Shown here: positions 29,187-47,835 of the stretch, one piece after another
How positions within the stretch are numbered: position 1 is the stretch's first letter
Layout: each line of letters opens with the position of its first letter
Assembly (NCBI RefSeq): GCF_009914755.1
Contig: NC_060939.1
DNA length: 64,000 bases
Direction: 5' to 3' (one strand)
From: the human T2T-CHM13v2.0 reference genome, Homo sapiens
The notes under the pieces: model-generated
What the model saw: only the letters and a program-made list of their open reading frames with translations
Told to the model about the DNA's origin: nothing
The model's database searches: none
Translations under genes and position numbers: made by a program

Positions 29187-29282
29187 CCAGCACAGTGTGT
29201 TTTTAAAAATGAGGCAACTATATGCTATCCACAAGAGACTGAGTTTAGATCCAAAGACACAAATTGTTTGAGTGAAAGGATG

Positions 29283-30120
<838 letters not shown>

Positions 30121-30450
30121 GAATGAAAAAAGATATTCCATGCAAATAGTAACAAAAAAGAGTGGGAATGGCTATACTTTGGACTTAAAGCCAAAAACTG
30201 CTACAAGAGAAAAAGAAGGTGATTATGTATTGATAAAAGGGTCAATTCACCAAGAAGATATAAAAATTATGCATATATTTGCACTAAACAAAATAACTCA
30301 AAAATATATGAAACAAATACTGACAGAATTAAAGAGAGAAATAGAGAATTCTACAATATTATTTGGAAACTTCAATACCCTACTATTAATAATGGTTAGA
30401 ACATCTAGACAGAATATAAGTAAGAAAATAAAAGACTGAACAACCTAGAC

Positions 30451-30690
30451 CAAGCTTTTCCAACCTGCAGCCCCACAGGCTGCATGCAGCCCAGGATGGC
30501 TTTGAATGTGGCCCAATAGAAAATTGTAAACTTTCTTAAGACATTATGATTTTTTTTGTGATTTCTTTTCTTTTTTTTTTTTTTTTTTTTAGCTCATCAG
30601 CTATGGTTAGTGTTAGTGTATTTTATGTGTGGCCCAAGACAATTCTTCTTCCTATGTGGCCCAGGGAAGCCAAAGGATTGAACACCCCTG
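30451..30690 (-). mobile_element. MER30 hAT-Charlie MITE
   Basis: Matches the reverse complement of MER30; perfect 8-bp TSD acctagac (30443, 30691). Confidence 0.92.
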
Positions 30691-31134
30691 ACCTAGACCA
30701 ACTAGACCTATAAAAACCAGACCTGACAGATATAGATAAAACTCTCCACCCAACAACACAATAAACAATCTTCTCAAGTGCTCATGGAACACTCTATAGG
30801 AGAGATCATATATTAGGCCACATAACAGTCTCAATAAACTTTTAAAAATTGAAATCAAAGGAAGTATATCCTCTGACCACAATGGAATGCTGCTAAAAAT
30901 CAATAACAAAAGGAAAACTATTTTTATTCACAAATAACAAATTTGTGAAAATTCACCAATATGGGAAATTTAAAAACACTCTTAAACAATGAATAGATCA
31001 AAGGAGATATCACAAGGGAAGTTAGAGAATACTTAGATATAAATAAAAATGAAAACAACATACCAGAACCAATGGGATACAGCAAAAAGCAGGGGTCAGA
31101 GGGAACGTCAAGAAATAACCATTTACATTTAAAA

Positions 31135-31402
31135 GGGCGCAGTGGCTCACACCTGTAATCCTAGCACTTTGGGAGGCTGAGGCAGAAGGAAAGCTTGAGG
31201 CCACTCTGGGCAACATGGTGAAGCCCTGCTTCTACAAAAAATTAGCTCAGCATGGTGGCATGCTCCTGTAGTCCCAACTGCTCAGGAGGCTGAGGCAGGA
31301 GGATTGCTTGAACCTAGGAGGCAGGGGTTGCAGTGAGCCGAGATTGCACCACTGCACTTCAGGCTGGGTGACAAAGGAGGACTCTGTCAAAAAAAAAAAA
31401 AA
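31135..31402 (+). mobile_element. Alu (J-like) at an L1 deletion junction
   Basis: Dimer with small deletions; no TSD. Confidence 0.9.
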
Positions 31403-32614
31403 GAGAGAGAGAGAGACAGAGAGATTATATCAATAATAATAATAATAATAAAACTCCCAACAAAGAAAACTCCAGGACCAGATGGCTTCACTGATGAATT
31501 ATACCAAACATATAAATAATTAACATCAATCCTTCTCAAAGTCTTCCTAAAGAAGAGAAGGGAATGCTTTCTACTTATTCTATGAAACCAGCATTGCCCT
31601 GACACCTAAGCCAAATAAAGAAACCACAGAAGAATATGCAATATACTCAGCATATATGAATATAGTCGCAAAACTCCTCAGCGAAATACTAGCAAATGAA
31701 ATTCAACAGCATATTAAAAGATTACACAGTGTGACCAAGTGGGTTTTATACCAGGAATCTATAGAATGTAAGGATGATTCAACATACAAAAATCAATCAA
31801 TGTAATATATCAAATTAATAGAATGAAGGAAAAACATGATATTATGAACTCAATTGATGCAGAAAAGCATTTGACAAAATTCAATACTCTTTCATGAGCA
31901 AACACACCCAGAAAACTAAAAATAGGAAGGAGCTTCCTTAACATAATAAAGGGCATTTATGAATAACCCACAGCTAATATTGTACTCAATACTGAAAGAC
32001 TGAAAGCTTTTCTCCTAAGATCAGGAACAAGACAAGGATGTCCACTTTCACAGGTACTATGTAACATTTTACTGGAAGTTCTAGCCAGAGAAATTAGGCA
32101 AGAAAAAAGTAAAAACAATATAGATTAAAAAGAAAAAGTAAAACTATTCCTTTTTGCAGATGACCTGATTCTCTAAATAGAAAATATCAAAAAATCCACA
32201 GAAGAAATAATAGAGCTAATAAATGAATTCATCCCAATTTCAGGTGTAATACAATGCTCAAAAATCAGTTGTGTTGCTATAAACAAGCAGTAAAGAATCT
32301 GAAAAAGAAATTAAGAATACAATTCCACTATAATAACATCCAAAAAACAAAAATAATTCATAATAAATGTAATCAAAGAAGTGAAAAGACATCTACACTG
32401 AAGCATTGCTGAAAGAAATTAAAGAGGAGCTAAATAAATAGAAACACACCTTGTGTTGGTGGACTGGAAAACTAAAGATGGCAATACTATCCAAATCTCC
32501 AGAGATAACATAATTCCTGTCAAAATTCCAATGGCCTTTTCACAAACATGTAAAAGCCAGTCCTCAAATTCATATAGCTACAAGGGGCCAAAACAAACTT
32601 GAAAAAGAATAACA

Positions 32615-32923
<309 letters not shown>

Positions 32924-33457
32924 TCACACACTTTCTGGTTTAAAACTTACACAAATCTAAAGTAATCAAAACAATGTGATAATGGCATAAGAATAAACCT
33001 GTAGATCCATGGAGTAAAACTGAGAGTCCATAAGTAAATCCATACATCTATGGCCAATTGATTTTCAGCAAGGATGCCAAGACAATTCAATGGGGAATGA
33101 ATAGTCTGTTTAACAAATGGTACAGAGACAACTGAATATCACATGCAAAAGAATAAGAGGGACTCCCTATATCACAGTACATAGAAAAATTAACTCAAAA
33201 TGGATCAAAGACCTAAATGTAAGAGTGAAAACTATAAAACTCTTAGAGGAAAACATAGGGGTAAATTTTCATGTCCTTGGACAGTGGATTCTTAGATATC
33301 CTATCAAAAGCATAAGCAACAGACAAAATAGATAAATTTGATTTTATCAAAATGAAAAACGTTTGTACATCAAAGGCCATTATTAAATGAAAAGACAACC
33401 AATACGAGGGAGAAAAGACTTGCAAATCATGTATGTGATAAGAGTCTAGTGTCTAGA

Positions 33458-33788
<331 letters not shown>

Positions 33789-35354
33789 TTAACAACTCAA
33801 TAACAAAAAGACAACCCAATTTTAAAATGAGCAAAGTTCTTGATAGCTATTTCTCCGAAAAAGACTATACAAATTTTCAACAAGCACATGAAAATCTTCT
33901 GCATCATTAGTCACTAGAGAAAGGCAAATCAAACCCACAATGAGATACCACTTCATACCCACTAGGTCAGCCATAATAGTAATAACCATCATTGTCATCA
34001 CTGGAAAATAACAAGTATTGGTAAGATGTGGAGAAATTAGAACTCTCACAAATTGCTAGTGGGAATGTAAAACGATGCACCCACTGTAGAAACAGATAGG
34101 GTTTTTTTCAAAAAGTTAAACATATAATTACCATATGACCAGCAATTCCACTCCTAACTATATACCCAAAAGATTTGAAAACAGAAGGTCAAACAGATGC
34201 TTTTACACAAATGTTTATAGCAACATTATTCACAATAGCCAAAAGGTATTAATAGAAATGTCCATTAACAGATGAACACATAAACAAAATGTACATACAT
34301 ATAATGGAATATTACTCAGCCATAAAAAGAGATGAAGTACTGATACATGCTACAACGTTCTTGAACTTCAAAAGATTATGCTAAATGAAGAAGCCAAATA
34401 AAAAGTTCCCATATTACATGAACAGTCTAGAATAGTTAAATCCATAGTGACATATTGATTGGTGGTTCTCAAGAGCTGGTTGGGGGAGTGGGAAGTGACT
34501 GCTCAATAGATACAAGGCTTTTCCTGAGGTGATGAAAATGTTTTAGAGATAGAGGTGGTGGTTGCACAACATTGTGAATGTTCTAAATGCCACTGAATTG
34601 TGCACTCTAAATTGTTAATTTTATGTCAATTTCACCTCTATGTGAAAAAATATATACATATATATTCATCCATACACATATAGAAATAGAGAAAGCAATA
34701 CGGCAAACGTTAGTGTTTCATAAATCTAGGCAAAAGATGTATAAATGTTCACTGAACTATTATTTCAAGTTTAATGTAGAAGTCAGTCTCATGTAGAAGT
34801 CAATAAAATGTTGAGAAAAACTTATTCAAATAGTAACTTACCTTTAGTATAAATCAAAAATTGACAAAATCACAAGGAGAAATTGACAAATCTACCATCA
34901 AGATGAGAGATTTTAAGAAACTCTCTTAATAATTAACAGGTAAAGCAGATTTTTAAAACTTAGTGAGGATAAGGAATATATGAACAGTTTCATTTAATAG
35001 AAATACGTAGAACATTGTATCCAGCAACTGCAAAAACTGCAACCTTTTAAATACACATGTAGTGCTTATGAAAATGGACCATGTGTTAGGAGATAAAGCA
35101 AGTCTTGATAAATTTTGATGCATCAGTGTTATATAGAGCATATTATAACTATAATACTAGTCACAATAAATAAATTTTGAAAATATTCAAAAAGTTATAT
35201 ATTTAGCAATTATTCATGGAATAAAGAAAAATATGATGTAAGTTTTAAAAATTGACCTAAATTATAACAAAAATAGTTGAGATCAAAACTTGTAGTACCA
35301 GGAGAAAACATATAGCCAAATTTTAGGAAAAAAAAGGTAAAAATTAATAAGACT

Positions 35355-35524
35355 TAATTTTATTTATTTTGTACAGACAGGGGTCTCACTATGTTGGCCA
35401 GGCTGATCTCAAACTCCTGGCCTCAAATTATCCTCTCAACTTGGCCTCCAAAAATGCTCTTTTTCTAATGTTAAAAGTTAGGTCTGGCAGCAAGCCACTG
35501 TGCAGTGAGCCACTGTATCTGGCC
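35355..35524 (-). mobile_element. Alu left monomer (FLAM-like) disrupted by an inverted duplication
   Basis: Left-arm sequence with a non-Alu insert at 35459-35505. Confidence 0.85.
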
Positions 35525-35926
35525 AGACTTTTAACATTAGAAAACGGGCAACAGAACAAGATATTAAAAGTGAGAAAATAATCAAAATATAAATTGAAGA
35601 AACGGAAAACAAATACACACCAAAGAGCATCAACAAAGAAAAAGGTTGTTTTTGAAATGCCAGCCAAAATTGGCAAACCTCTGGCAAGGTTGATCAATAA
35701 AAAGGGAGGCACGTATTAAAATATTGAAAAAATTTTGAAAACTACAGATCAAGCATAATTAAAAAGCTAACACATGAATGTTAAGAAAATCTTTATGCCA
35801 ATAAATTTGACAACTTCAGTAAGAAGGACAACTTCTTAGAAAATGGACCCCCAAAAAAAAAACAGAAAAAAAATGAGATGAAAATAGGAAAACATGAATG
35901 GTCTTACAACCAATATTGAAACTGTT

Positions 35927-36230
<304 letters not shown>

Positions 36231-36260
36231 CTAAATCTTTTACAGGCATGTGCATGCATG

Positions 36261-36282
36261 CACACACACAGACAGACAGACA

Positions 36283-36332
<50 letters not shown>
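36261..36332. repeat. Compound (CA)5-(GACA)n-(CA)24 microsatellite
   Basis: Read directly from the sequence. Confidence 0.95.
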
Positions 36333-36334
<2 letters not shown>

Positions 36335-36634
36335 ATAGTAGGCCCAAAATGATTTTACCAGTAAGTTCTACTGGAAAGAGTTAATTTCAATTTTAATCAA
36401 ATTTTTCCAGAGAATAGAAAGAAAGAAAGCAATTCCCAGTTAATTTACAATGATAGCACAATTTCCATTCAAAAGCCAAGCAAAAGTATTACAAGAAAAA
36501 AAATTTCAGATTAATCTCACTCACGAACATAGATGCAACAATCTATGTTAAATCTACCAAAATATTAGCAATTCAAATCTAGCGTCTAGATTCTAGATTC
36601 TAGAATCTAGATTCTTTTTGCAAAAGCCGTTCAT

Positions 36635-36820
36635 CATGAACAAGCCAGCTCCCCAGCCAAAACAGCCTTGTTTGTAGTTGCCTGCTGATTTCCATGTGTA
36701 AATACTAAAACTTGCCTGCTTTCAAGGTACCAATATGACTTTACTGAATGCAGAGTTGGAGAGAGATGCTAACACTTAGCTCTCACAAATCACTATCGTG
36801 CACGACAGAGGTACCACCAA
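36635..36820 (-). mobile_element. MER63-like relic
   Basis: gatttccatgtgtaaatact...ttcaaggtaccaa...actgaatgcagagttgga. Confidence 0.6.
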
Positions 36821-37139
36821 ATACCAATGGATAAAGTTAACGAGCCTGGGATAATTGGCTATCTATTGTTTTTTAATGAAATAAGATGTCTACCTCATGC
36901 CATACACAAAAATCAATTGAAGATGAACTATGGACTTAAATGCAAATTTTAAACATTTTTAGAAGAGAATATAGACGAGCATCTTTATGACCTTGGGATA
37001 AGAAATTATTTTTTCAATAAGACATAAAATCACTGACAATAATGAAAAATATTTTTATTACATTAAAATTATGAAATTCTGTCCATCAAAATGCACCATT
37101 AAGGGAGTGAAAAACACCACTAAATGAAGTGATGAAAAT

Positions 37140-37650
37140 TCTTGCTGAAGGAATTTTTTCCCACACAAATACAACTGGATACCATTTTCTTCTGCCTCTT
37201 TGGGACCCCTGCCATAACTACTGTCTCTCTCATTCTGTAGCTTAAATCTCTTCTGTGCTGGATTCTTCCTGAAACACTCCCTCTCTTTCTTCTTCACAGT
37301 CCAGCTTATTGAAAGATTAATATACATTTACTTTTGCCATTTAGTCGCTTTTCAACTCATTTCTTAGTTGAGCATTTACTTCTCATTTTCACTGCACTCT
37401 GGTTTCTTAGTTGACACAGTTCTTTCTAAGGTGACCACTGGTCTCCATAAGATGAAATTCAGTGAACGCTTTTCAGTCTTTATCTGACTTGTCACTCTCC
37501 AGAAGCACTCCATAACGTTGACTATGCTTTTCTTAAAATCGGTTCCTCCCTTTGCTTCTGCAGCTGTGCTCACTCCCTATTCCTCACTCCTTCTGAATAT
37601 TCTCTGCAGGTTTTTCCATTCTTTCTGCCTCTTCATACCACCCACCAAAT
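37140..37650 (+). mobile_element. L2 relic
   Basis: ctttctaaggtgaccactggtctccat...ttttcagtctttatctgacttgtcactctc. Confidence 0.65.
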
Positions 37651-37964
37651 TTAACTACTTTAAAATTTATATAGGTATATGTGTGTGTATGTACATGTAT
37701 ATGTAGAATATATGCTTACTTTTTAAAATTCCAGAACATTTAGAAAAATAAAAAGAACAGAATTAAAAGTATCAGTAATCCTAATACCCAAAGATAAGCA
37801 TTGTTATTAATAATACCATAATTGTTATACATTTCTAGAATTTTTCTAGGGATATATATTTATTTTTATAAAATGGTAACTACTATACATAATGGTGCTT
37901 TCATCACTTAATATTACATGCATACTCTCTCATATCAGTATAGATTAATATTGTTACTTTATTA

Positions 37965-38190
37965 ACAATAGCTAATACTGAGCTTTACTAAAGTCACTCT
38001 GCTAAACTCTCTATATATATATATTTGTCACTGACATTAAAAACTTATAAGATAGAAACTATATTATTCCCGTTTTACAGATGGGAAAACTAAGGCTTTG
38101 ATAATTTAAGTAAATAGTTCATGGTGTAATGGTGAGTAGCACTAGTGAGAGCTACCCAAGATTTCAACCTAAGCTAATTCCAGAGTTGTA
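37965..38190 (-). mobile_element. MIR
   Basis: Core sequence attcccgttttacagatgggaaaactaaggc. Confidence 0.75.
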
Positions 38191-38229
38191 CCTGTTTTCA
38201 CTGCCTATAGAGCTTTACCAATAAGGTCA

Positions 38230-38722
38230 ATTTTACTTGTAAGTAATGTTGATACTCTTTAAAAGAAACATTAATAATTAAAAAGTCTGGCATTAGTTTC
38301 AAAATTGGTCATGACCATTCAACAGTGAAGGCTTTGGGTGGTTTCTCTGTGACTCTCATGGCTTTCTCTCAGAGCCTCAGATAGTTACATAGCTCCAAGC
38401 ACCACATTCTTACATCTTCACACAAAATATCCAGAGAAGGTGAAAATAAACAGTTTTCTCTTCATACATCTCTTAATATAATGTGTACTTCCAAAAAACA
38501 CAAATAACTACTTTGATGTTTCACTGACCGGAAATAGACCATCTGTCAACTCCTAAACCAAATACATGGTAAGGTTACCATCATCAATCACAATTCACTA
38601 CCTGAACCGCACCCATCTTCCTTAATCATCTTGCCACTCAATATCTTCAAAAAATGGCAATTCTGTTAGCAAGGGAGAAAAGGAAAATGACTGTTAGGGT
38701 GGCAACCAACGTGCTGCCAACA
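38230..38722 (-). mobile_element. Ancient ERVL/MaLR solo LTR
   Basis: Ends ctgttagcaagggagaaaagg...ggcaaccaacgtgctgccaaca. Confidence 0.5.
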
Positions 38723-38724
38723 GT

Positions 38725-40410
<1,686 letters not shown>

Positions 40411-41422
40411 GTAGAGTACCATGGTGACTTAACTGTTGTAACTTTACAACATAATGTTTTGTTATCTGGCTTGGCAAGCCCCTCACCAAAACTTCCTAAC
40501 AGGTCTCCCGGTCTCCAGTTCCACCCTTCTCCAATCCATTTTCCATGCTGTGATCAGAGATACTTTTATTGAAAGAAAATCTTACCATGTGTGAAATTCC
40601 TTGGGGTGAAGTTTGAACCCTTTAATTTATCATAACGATGTCCACCTACCACTTTGGTCTCTTCTCTGCCTCCTTTCCTATAATTTATTCCTGATTCTCT
40701 TCCTTTTTGCTGATGACTCTTCCTCCTGTCTAGAAACCTCTCCTTTGCTTTCCCATCAGTCATCTCTTACACCCCTAAAAACTCAGATCAAGCTTCACTA
40801 TCCCCAGAAACATTCCTCTGTGCTCTCACAGTATCCAGTGCATAGTGCTGTCATACACCTATCAAACCACTCCTACATAAATGTCCATGGCAATTTTATT
40901 CATAGTAACCCCAAACAATCTAAATGTCCATCAATAATAAAATTTGTAAATAAATGTAGTTTGTTTGCATATTGGAATGTTAAACATCTATCAATAAGTA
41001 ACAAACTACTGATACATAAAATAACACAAATAAATCTTACAGATACAATGTTGAGTGGAGAGAAGAGCAGACCAGACACAAAAGAATACATAATACACTA
41101 TTCCCCCAGTCATACTGGAAAACCTAATAGAATTACATCAAACTAAAAAGCTTCTGCACAGCAAAAGAAACAATCAACAGAGTAAAAAGATGACCTACAG
41201 AGAGGGAGAAAATATGTGCAAACAACACTTCTGATAAGGGATCATTATCAAAAATATATAAGGAACTCAAACAAGTCAATAGCAAGAAGACAACCTGATT
41301 TTAAAATGAGCAAAGAACCTAAATAGACATTTCTCAAAAGAAGACATACAAATGGCCGACAGGTATATGGAAAAATAGTCAACCCACTCATCATCAGGGA
41401 ATGTGAATTAAAACTACAATGA

Positions 41423-41800
<378 letters not shown>

Positions 41801-41829
41801 AACAGAAAGATAAAAGAATGAAACAACAG

Positions 41830-42140
<311 letters not shown>

Positions 42141-42394
42141 CTACAATGAGATATTTATATTACCTCACACTTGTTAGAATAACTATTATCAAAAAAGAGA
42201 AAACACAGCAAGTCTTGGTAAGGATATGGAGAAAAGGAAAAGGAAACACTTGTGCCCTGTTTGTGGGAACATAAATTAGTATAGTTATTATGGAAAACAG
42301 TATAACGTTTCCTCAAAAAATTAAAAATATAACTATAGTATAATCCAATCCCACTGCTGTGTATATATCCAAAGGAAATGCAATCAGTATGTCA

Positions 42395-42778
<384 letters not shown>

Positions 42779-43175
42779 CTAAGTGTCCCTCAATGGATAA
42801 ATGGTTAAAGAAATTCAGCCTAAAAAAAAAAGAAGCAAATCTTGTCATTTGCAACAACATGGATAAACCTAGAGGACGTTATCATTATGTTAAGTGAAAT
42901 AAACAAGGCACAGAAAGACAATTCATTGTATGATATCACTTACATGTAGAATCTAAAAAAGTCTGAACTCATAGAAGCAGAGATTAAAATGGTAGTTACT
43001 AGGGAGTGAGGGTTGAAGGTTGATATTGGGAAAATGTTGATGAAAGGATACAAAATTTCAGTTAGGAGGAACAGGTTCAAGAGATCTATTGTAGAATATG
43101 GTGACTGCATTTAATAACAACATATTGTATACTTGAGGATTGCTAAGAGAGTAGGTTTTAAGTTCTTACCACCCA

Positions 43176-44160
43176 AAAAAGACATACAAATGGTAAACAA
43201 GCATATGTAAAGGTGCTCAACATCATTGATCATCAGAGAAATGCAAATAAAAACTACAATGATCAGCACCACAGGAAAGGTTTAAAAAAATACAATGAGA
43301 TATCATCTCACCCTAGTTGAAATGGCTTTTATTTAAAAGTCAGGCAATAACAAACGCTGGAGAGGATGTGGAGAAAAGGGAACCTTCATACGCTGTTGGT
43401 AGGAATCTAAGTTAATACAACCACTATGGAGAACAGTTTAAAAGTTCCTCAAAAAACTAAAAAGAGAGCTACCATATAATCCAGCAATCCCACTGCTGGG
43501 TATACACCCCAAAGAAAGGAAGTCAGTATATTTCTTCACTCTCAGGTTTGCTGCAGCTCTGTTCACACTAGCCGAGATTTGGAAGTAACCTAAGTGTCCA
43601 TCGATAGATGAATGGATAAAGAAAATGTGGTACCTATACACAATGGAGTACTATTCGGCCATAAAAAAGAATGAGATCCTGTCATTTGCAACTGCATGGA
43701 TGGGACTGGAGGGCAGTATGTTAAGTGAGATAAGACAGCACAGAAAGACAAACATCACATATTTTCACTTACGTGTGGGACCTAAAAATAAAAATAATTG
43801 AACTCATGGAGTTAGAGAATACAAGAATGGTTACCAGAGGGTGGGAAGGGTAGTGAGGTGTGGTGGGGAGGTGGGTATGGTTAATGGGTACAAAAAAAAT
43901 AGTTAGAATGAATAAGACCTAATATTTGATAGAACAACATAGGGACTATAATCAAAACAATTTAATTGTACATTTAAAAATAACTAAGAGTATTATTGGA
44001 TTGTTTGAAACACAAAGGATAAATACTTAAGGGATGGATACCCCATTTTCCATGATGTGTAATACATTGCATGCCTGTATCAAAACATCTCATGTAGCAC
44101 ATAAATATATACACCTGCCACATATCCACCAAAATTTTTTAAAAAATAAAAATTTTAAAA
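43176..44160 (+). mobile_element. L1MA2/3-like 3' fragment nested in the older L1MA
   Basis: A second copy of the ORF2 C-terminus with a distinct 3' UTR (atagttagaatgaataagacc...cacaaaggataaat). Confidence 0.82.
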
Positions 44161-44988
44161 AGATAACTGTGAAATAATGCATATGTTAATAAGCTTGATT
44201 TAGTTACTCCACAATGTATACATGTTTCAAAACATCAAGTTTTTCACCATAAATATATACAATTTTTATTTGTCAATTAAAGATAAATAAATAGAAGAAA
44301 AAAATGTAAATGGTCCAAACACACCTAATTAAAAGACAGAAGTTATCAGATTGGATAAAAAAGTAAGGCAATAATATGCTATCTATAAAAAATACACTTT
44401 AAATATGAAAAACACCAATAGGTTAAGTTTAAAAATGAAAAAAAAAAAGTTAACTTTAACAAAAGAAAGAATAAATGGGTACACTAATGACCAACAAACT
44501 AGATTTCAGAGCAAACACTGTTACTAGAGAGTTTAAAATGTCATTTCATAATGATAAAGGGGTCAATTAACCAAAAGGATATGACATTCTAAAAACACTA
44601 TTCACCTAATTAATACAAGAACTTCAATTTACATGAGACAAACATTAATAGAACTAGAAGGAGAAATAGAAAATCCACAATTCTAATAAAATATTTCAAT
44701 ACCCCCTCTCAATAATTCATAGATCAAGTCAGCAGAAAATAGTAATGATACAGGTTTTCCAAACATTATCAACCAAGATGACCTAATTGACTTGTATGGA
44801 CAGGTCCACTAAACAACAGCAGAATACACATTCTTTTCTAGTGCACATGAGATATTTTATCAAGATAAACAATATTTTGTGCCACAAAACAAGTCACAAT
44901 AAACATAATAGGATTTAAGTCATACAGAAAGCAAATTAAACCCAAAATAAGCAAAAAAAGGAATTAATAAATATCAGGGAAGAAATCA

Positions 44989-45340
<352 letters not shown>

Positions 45341-45584
45341 GGAGGAGGGGAAAGAAAAAGGAAACTGAAAGCTACCCTGCAAAGATTAATAAAATTGATA
45401 AATTTCTAAATTGACCAGGAAAAAAGAGTGAGGACACAAATTACCAATATCAGGAGTCAGAGAGATGACATCAGTATAGATATCCATAGATACTAAAAGG
45501 ATAATGAGGGAATATTATGAACAACCACAAACTAATATATTTAACAATTTAGATGAAGGACAGACACACGACAGACACAAACTA

Positions 45585-45926
<342 letters not shown>

Positions 45927-47532
45927 TCAGTTAAAAACCTTCCCACAAAGAAAACTCTGATCCAGATGGCTTTATTGGTGAATTCCACCAAACATTTAAT
46001 GAATGTTACATTCATGAATGAACAGTTAATGAATAATTCTAATTCTTCACAAATTTCCAAAAAATTGAAAAGGAAATACTTTCCAACTAATTCTGTGAGT
46101 TCTCCATTACCCTGATATTAGAACCACACAGACACATAACGAAAAAAGAAATTTACAAACCAATATCCCTCATGAACACAGATGCAAAATGCTAAACAAA
46201 ATTTAGCAAATCAATCAATATTTAAAAAGGATAAAACATCATGACTGAGTTAGGTCTATACCAGGAATTCAAAGTTGTTTTACTTTCAAAAAAATTATAT
46301 AAGACACCATATAAACACTAATTTAAAAAGAAAAGCATATGATAGTCTCAATAGACACGAATAAAGCCTTCGAAAAAATCCAACATCGGTTTCTGATTAA
46401 AAAAAACTCTCAGCGAACTAGGTATAAAAGAGAATACTCAATCTAATAAACAGCATCTATAAAAACAAAAACAAAAACCTACAGCTAGCATCATACTTGT
46501 AAAAATTAAAGCTTTCCTCTAAGATTGAGAAAAAGACAAGTATGTCTGCTCTCACCACCTCCATTAAACATTTAACTGGAGGTTGTAAGCAAGAAAAAGA
46601 AATTAAAGGCATCCAGATGGAAAAGAAAGAAGTAGAACTGTCATTATTTGAAGACGACATGACCATCTATGTAGGAAATCCTAAAGAATCTACAAAACAG
46701 GTACTAGAACTAATAATGAGTTTAGCAAGCATGCAGGATACAAAATTAATGTATTAAAAAATCAATTGTATTTCTATTTACCACTAATGAACAAGTGAAA
46801 ATAAAAAAAAATTAAAACAATATCATTTATAATAACACCAAAAACTAGAAAACATTTAGGGATAAATCTGACCAAAGATGTAAGAATCCTGCATACTGGA
46901 AACAACAAAACATTACTGACACTGATTAAAGAAAATCTGAATAAATGAAGAGATATACCTTTTTCATGCTTCAGGAGGCTCAATATGGTTAAGATGTCAA
47001 TTCTTCCCAATTTGAGCTGTACATTCATTTCCATCTCAAGCAGGCCTTTTGGCAGAATTTGACAGGCTGATAATAAAATTCATGTGGAAATGCAAAGGAT
47101 CTACAATCGCCAAAACAATTTCAAAAAAGAACAAAAAATTTGGAGAGCTAATGCTACCTGATTTCAACACATATCGTAAAGCTACAGTAACCAATACAAT
47201 GTGCTATTGATAATAAAGATTGACAAAGAAATCATTGGCACAGGATGGAGTCCAGAAATAAAACCATGCATACATATATAGACAACAGATTTTTGACAAA
47301 GGTGAAAAGGCAATTTAGAGGAGAAAGTATACTGTTTTGAACAAATGGTGCTAGGACATGGAAGAAATATATATAGCCTTGAATTGTAGAGAGTTTCACA
47401 GGGCATGTCAGATTTGGCAGATTGGGCTACATAAAAATTTAGAATTCATGTATGGAAAAGATAACCTAAACTAACTAAAAGATATGCAATATATCTTTCG
47501 AAGACAAGCTATATTTAAAAGATATACCAACA

Positions 47533-47835
47533 GGCCAGATGCCATGGCTCACCCCTGTAATCCTAGCACTTTGGGAAGCAGAGGCGAGTGGATCACATGA
47601 GGTCAGGAGTTCCAGATCAGCCTGGCCAACATGGTGAAATCCCAGCTCTACTAAGAAATACAAAAAATTAGCCAGGCAAGTGGTGCATGCCTGTAGTCCC
47701 AGCTACTTGGGAGGCTGAGAAAGGAGAAAGGAGAATCACTTGAACCTGGGAGGCCTGAGGTCGCAGTGAACCAAGATCGCGCCACTGCACTCCAGCCTGG
47801 GCAACAGAGCGAGACTCCGTCACAAAAAAAAAAAA
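47533..47835 (+). mobile_element. Alu (AluS)
   Basis: Full dimer. Confidence 0.95.

Noticed and set aside
40613-41146. 177-aa ORF, the longest in the track
   Set aside because: Spans L2 and L1 relics; a chance open frame with a non-ATG start.
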